A stretch of DNA of 64,000 nucleotides from Eledone cirrhosa (Eukaryota), in contig OZ024750.1 of assembly GCA_964016885.1 (NCBI GenBank), positions 24,304,001-24,368,000 of the forward strand, read 5' to 3'. Made by a program: the position numbers and the translations under genes. Shown here in pieces: positions 1 through 64,000 of this stretch. The stretch's first letter is position 1. The number at the start of each line of letters is the position of its first letter. Below the pieces are notes generated by a model that saw only the letters and a program-made list of their open reading frames with translations, searched no databases and was not told the origin of the DNA.

Positions 1-819
1 AGATTACTGCACGTGGAACTCTGTCAAAGGCTTTCTCAAGGTCGACAAATGCCAAGTAGAGTGGCTTACTTTTAGCTAGGTACTTTTCCTGTAATTGCCT
101 CACAAGGAAGAGGGCATCAGTGGTGCCTTTCCCTGGTACAAACCCAAATTGCATCTCGTCTATATTCACCCGGTCCCTAATCAGCTGTGCTATAACTCTT
201 TCTGTTACTTTCATGACCTGGTCCATCAACTTTATACCTCTATAGTTTCCTCTATCTAGTGCATCGCCTTTACCTTTGTAGCAGTTGACAATGATGCTAC
301 TGCACCAATCTTTTGGTATGGCCCCCTCTAGTATTACCTGGTTAACGATACGTGTGGTTATAGTGTGACCTACAGACCCAGATGCCTTCAGCATCTCGGC
401 AGCTATACCCGATGGACCGGTTGCCTTCCCTATCTTCATATCTCTGATTGCCTTACTTACTACGCTGCCGCTGACTTGTACTGCTGGTCCCTCTATAGGG
501 TCTACGTGGGGTAGGGTCTCTTCTTCCCATGCATTCTCCTCATTTAGTAATCTATCATAATGACTCTTCCATGCATCTTTCTTCTCAGCACTTGTGAGGG
601 CAAGCTCACCTTTATCATTCCGGATACACTTCTCTCCAATGACATCACAACTATCTCTGACACACTGCCTCGCAATCTTGAATACCTCCTGTTTCTGGTC
701 CTCACGTTGTAAAACATGCTTGAATTTTCTATCCTCTGCTTCCCTCCTAGCTAAGTATACTTGTCGCCTAGCTTCCCTCTTGGTCTCTATGTAATGTACC
801 CTGCTCCCCCCGTTCTTCC
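1..819 (-). mobile_element. 5'-truncated copy of the same RTE LINE (matches 24419-25237), extends beyond window start
   Basis: Reverse complement of 24419-25237 with about 2 substitutions noticed; ORF 594..794 is identical to ORF 24444..24644. Confidence 0.92.
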
Positions 820-1283
820 CCGTTCTAAGTTCAAATCCCGCCGAGGTTAGCTTTGCCTTTCATTCTTATGGGGTCGATAAAATAAAGTACCAGGTCGATT
901 TAATCAACTTTCCACTGCCCCCAAATTGCAGGCCTTGTGCCTAAATCAGAAACCATTATTATCATCATCATGGATTGGTGGATTGGGTGAATCATTAAAA
1001 CATCAGGCAAAAGCTTAGCTGTATTTGTTCCAGATTATTTCATTCTGAGTTCAAATCCCACCAAGGTCGACTTTGTCTTTCATTTTTAAGGGGGACGATA
1101 AAATAAAGAACCGGGTGGATTTAATCAACTTTCCACTCCCTCCAAATTGTGGGCCTTGTGCCTAAATTAGAAATCATTATTTTGAGGCCCCTCATTACTT
1201 CAGGCCCTAAGCATGTGCTTATTCTGTTTATAATGGTTAGAGAGCAGGAGAGAAATGAAGAAAGGTTTTTATCTTATATTCAC

Positions 1284-58767
<57,484 letters not shown>

Positions 58768-58979
58768 TTTGCTTTTAAGTTTTTCGTCCTCCGACTTCTT
58801 TTAAATTCTGAAGGCTGTAAATTAAAGAAAATTAAAGAGCAATTTAGAAAAGTAACCTAAAGATTTTGTTTGTTTTTTACGAGGTTCGGCTGAAAAAGCT
58901 AACAAGATACTCTCATTGAATGATCAAATGAGGTTTATTTTTCAACAATAATACCTGGAAAGAAACAATGCAGTTATTA

Positions 58980-60405
58980 ATCATCATCGCTTAACGTCCA
59001 TTTTCCACACTAGCATGGGTTAGACGGGTTGTCCTATTAGAGGCAAGTTGGGTCAGGTGACCATAACTTGTTCATACAGGACTGTTTCTGGCTAGATTTC
59101 TACATCTGGATGCCCTTCCTAATGCCAACCCCATTTACAGTGTGTGCTGGGTGCTTTTTGTCGTGAAACATAAATGACCACTTCACAGTGGACTGGGTGC
59201 TTTTAGTCGTGTGTCATGACACCTACAAGATCACTTTACAGTGTGGACTGGGCGTTTTTAGTTGTGACACCTACACGACCACCTTACAGAGTGGGCTGGG
59301 TGCTTTCTTGTGACACCTACACAACCACTTTACAGTGTGGGTTGGATGTTTTTGTGATACTAACATAACTTTATAGTGTAAGGGTCGTGTCAGGGCGTGG
59401 AGTTGTATGGAATAATGGTTAAGAGGTGCCAAAGATCACCTCATACAAGTTCTTCCTACTCCATAGCTTCCATCAATTTTGATTGCTCTGCACCTTTTTA
59501 TACGGTTGTTGTCCTTTATATGCATCACAGTACCATACCAATACAATCTCCTCTAATATACTGCATCTGATCCCTCTTATGCCTAATTTATCTCTCAGCT
59601 CATTTACGCTTTGCCATTCATGTATATTACTATTACACATCCATCAGAGTATGTATGCTTCATTTCTTTCTAATCTTCGCAGGTCCTCTGAGCACAGTGC
59701 CCAGGTCTCACTACCATGTAACATTGCTGTTTGAATACATGCATTGTACAATCTGCCCTTCATTTTTAAGGGAAAACCTTTTGTAGCTAACAGCAGTATT
59801 AACTCTCTGAACTTTCTCCATCCCATTCTGACACTGGCTACTGTACTTTTGGAGAATCCAACTCCAATGCTGATTTCATCACCCAAGTAACGGAAAGTGT
59901 GTACTATTTCTATAGAACCATCTGGGCATTTGAAGGAGCTAGTATCCTATGGCCAGTTGCTACCTACTATACCCGAGCATCGACCACATATAAAACCTAC
60001 GTTCTTTGGTAGCCTGCCTGTGATCCCACATCTTTTATGTACCCATAGCTTGCATTTGAGACATAGCATGGAATTTCTACCAAGCACACTGAGCAGGGCC
60101 ATTTCCTGCATACTGAGCAGGGCCATTTCCCAGAGGGAATCGGGGTCCTATTTTCCTTTCTACATACTAGATCTTTAGTCTTAAACAAGTTAACTTTAAG
60201 AACTTTTGATTCCAGGCCATGCTTCTGGGTTTGGAATTTCTTCTCTTTGGAATTTCTGCCATAGATTCAGCTATGAGAGTTAGATCATCTGCATACAGAA
60301 GTTCCCATGGACAGCCAGTCTTAAACTCTTCTGTTATGGCTTGTAGGTCAATAATAAAAAGGAGAGAGATAAGGACGGAGCCCTGATGAACACCTACTTG
60401 CAAAG
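58980..60405 (-). mobile_element. Degenerate RTE LINE 3' half with 3' UTR
   Basis: VGVHQGSVL, GCPWELLYADD, IPSGKWPCSVC and MLHGSETW in shifting frames; tail resembles 26420-26728. Confidence 0.85.
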
Positions 60406-60529
60406 ATGTATGAAACATAGCCTTCTGTATTGTTTATTATAATAAATTACTATATTTTGAGCTGTTTTAACTTCCCCACCTATCTCCTTCCAATTTTTTA
60501 TATTGTTTTTGTAAAAAACAATATTTTTT

Positions 60530-62197
<1,668 letters not shown>

Positions 62198-62483
62198 CTG
62201 TGATAATGATGATATATAGAACAGTTTTGGTAACGTGGTGTATGTGCTGCTACCTCCAGGATTCTTACTTATCAAATTATAAGAAAACATTTCAGTAAGA
62301 TGTAAATGTTAGTTTAACATATATTCTTTCAAAAACATACATACAGGAGGACCCAGCCTGAAAGATGAAAAAAACCTGTTGTAATGAAACACTACGCAGC
62401 AGGATGTCACTGTCTGAGTTATTATGGTGGAGGCAAGATAAGGAATCACAGCAGGGTGGGAGAGACACTATTTGTGATATTAT

Positions 62484-63760
62484 GGGGTGGTGTGGTGTGG
62501 TGTGGTGTGGTGTGGTGTGGTGTGGTGTGGTGTGGTGTGGTGTGGTGTGGTGTGGTGTGTTGGTCATAGTATGGATTGGAAGGGGACTGTGACATTATGA
62601 GTGGAGTGTGGTTATGGTACGGGAGCTGGTGTGGTGTGGTGGTCATAGTATGGATTGGAAGGGGACTGTGACATTATGAGTGGAGTGTGGTTATGGTACG
62701 GGAGCTGGTGTGGTGTGGTGGTCATAGTATGGATTGGAAGGGGACTGTGACATTATGAGTGGTGTGTGGTTATGGAGTGGAGTGTGGTTATGGAGTGGAG
62801 TGGAGTTATGGTACGGGGGTGGTGTGGTGTGGTGTGGTGGTCATAGTATGGATTGGAAGGGGACTGTGACATTATGAGTGGTGTGTGGTTATGGAGTGAA
62901 GTGTGGTTATGGAGTGGAGTGTAGTTATGGTACTGGTGTGGTGTGGTGGTCATAGTATGGATTGGAAGGGGACTGTGACATTATGAGTGGAGTGTGGTTA
63001 TGGTACGGGGGTGGTGTGGTGGTCATAGTATGGATTGGAAGGGGACTGTGACATTATGAGTGGAGTGTGGTTATGGTACGGGGGTGGTGTGGTGGTCATA
63101 GTATGGATTGGAAGGGGACTGTGACATTATGAGTGGAGTGTGGTTATGGAGTGGAGTGGAGTTATGGTACGGGGGTGGTGTGGTGTGGTGTGGTGGTCAT
63201 AGTATGGTTTGGAAGGGGACTGTGACATTATGAGTGGTGTGTGGTTATGGAGTGAAGTGTGGTTATGGAGTGGAGTGTAGTTATGGTACTGGTGTGGTGT
63301 GGTGGTCATAGTATGGATTGGAAGGGGACTGTGACATTATGAGTGGAGTGTGGTTATGGTACGGGGGTGGTGTGGTGGTCATAGTATGGATTGGAAGGGG
63401 ACTGTGACATTATGAGTGGAGTGTGGTTATGGAGTGGAGTGGAGTTATGGTACGGGGGTGGTGTGGTGTGGTGTGGTGGTCATAGTATGGATTGGAAGGG
63501 GACTGTGACATTATGAGTGGAGTGTGGTTATGGAGTGGAGTGTGGTTATGGAGTGGAGTGTGGTTATGGAGTGGAGTGGAGTTATGGTACGGGGGTGGTG
63601 TGGTAGTCATAGTATGGATTGGAAGGGGACTATGACATTATGAGTGGAGTGTGGTTATGGTACGGGGGTGGTGTGGTGTGGTGGTCATAGTATGGATTGG
63701 AAGGGGACTGTGACATTATGAGTGGAGTGTGGTTATGGAGTGAAGTGTAGTTATGGTGTG
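62484..63760. repeat. G-rich variable-length minisatellite
   Basis: GGTCATAGTATGGATTGGAAGGGGACTGTGACATTATGAGTGG core with (GGTGT)n/(GGAGT)n spacers. Confidence 0.9.
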
Positions 63761-64000
63761 GGGTGGATAGGGAATCACAGCAGGGTGGGAGAGACACTAT
63801 TTGAGATATTATGGGGTGGTGGTCATAGTATGGATTGGAAGGGGACTGTCACAATCTGTCACATTATGGGATGGGTAGAGGAGCGTGTGGGTCACAGCAG
63901 GTGGGGTCGGAGTTATTATCTGAGTATTATTAGATGTTGGTATGGTGGTGCAGCGGGGGGGGGGGGGGTATAATTACCTGTCCTATAGGCTGGGGTAGAG

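Noticed and set aside
58807-58954. Possible 5' UTR acceptors or exon of the host gene (AG at 58808-09, 58815-16, 58955-56)
   Set aside because: Several candidate acceptors and no coding constraint to choose between them; the promoter and 5' UTR cannot be located from sequence alone.

Overview
AT-rich, microsatellite- and SINE-dense eukaryotic genomic DNA; the repeat content suggests an octopus (inference). The window is spanned on the minus strand by a multi-exon PTPN13/FRMPD2-type gene (KIND - FERM - PDZ - PDZ). I traced 24 phase-consistent GT-AG coding exons from the ATG at 58767 down to 1284 (4305 nt, 1435 aa); the gene continues past the window start. Its ~22 kb first coding intron holds a complete 4-exon plus-strand gene (50219-57426) for a 242-aa secreted protein with three chitin-binding (CBM14/peritrophin-A-like) Cys repeats. 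Introns carry a near-full-length RTE LINE with one frameshift (21942-26728), a near-identical inverted 5'-truncated copy (1-819), older LINE and Penelope-like (GIY-YIG) fragments, two tRNA-derived SINE families, a TTAA-flanked MITE family, foldback hairpins and many private minisatellites. The most notable signals are two minimal type-I hammerhead ribozyme motifs with intact cores (55396-55461, 56437-56511) in intron 3 of the nested gene, decayed hammerheads elsewhere, and a minisatellite built from an intron-exon junction that multiplies a splice acceptor.
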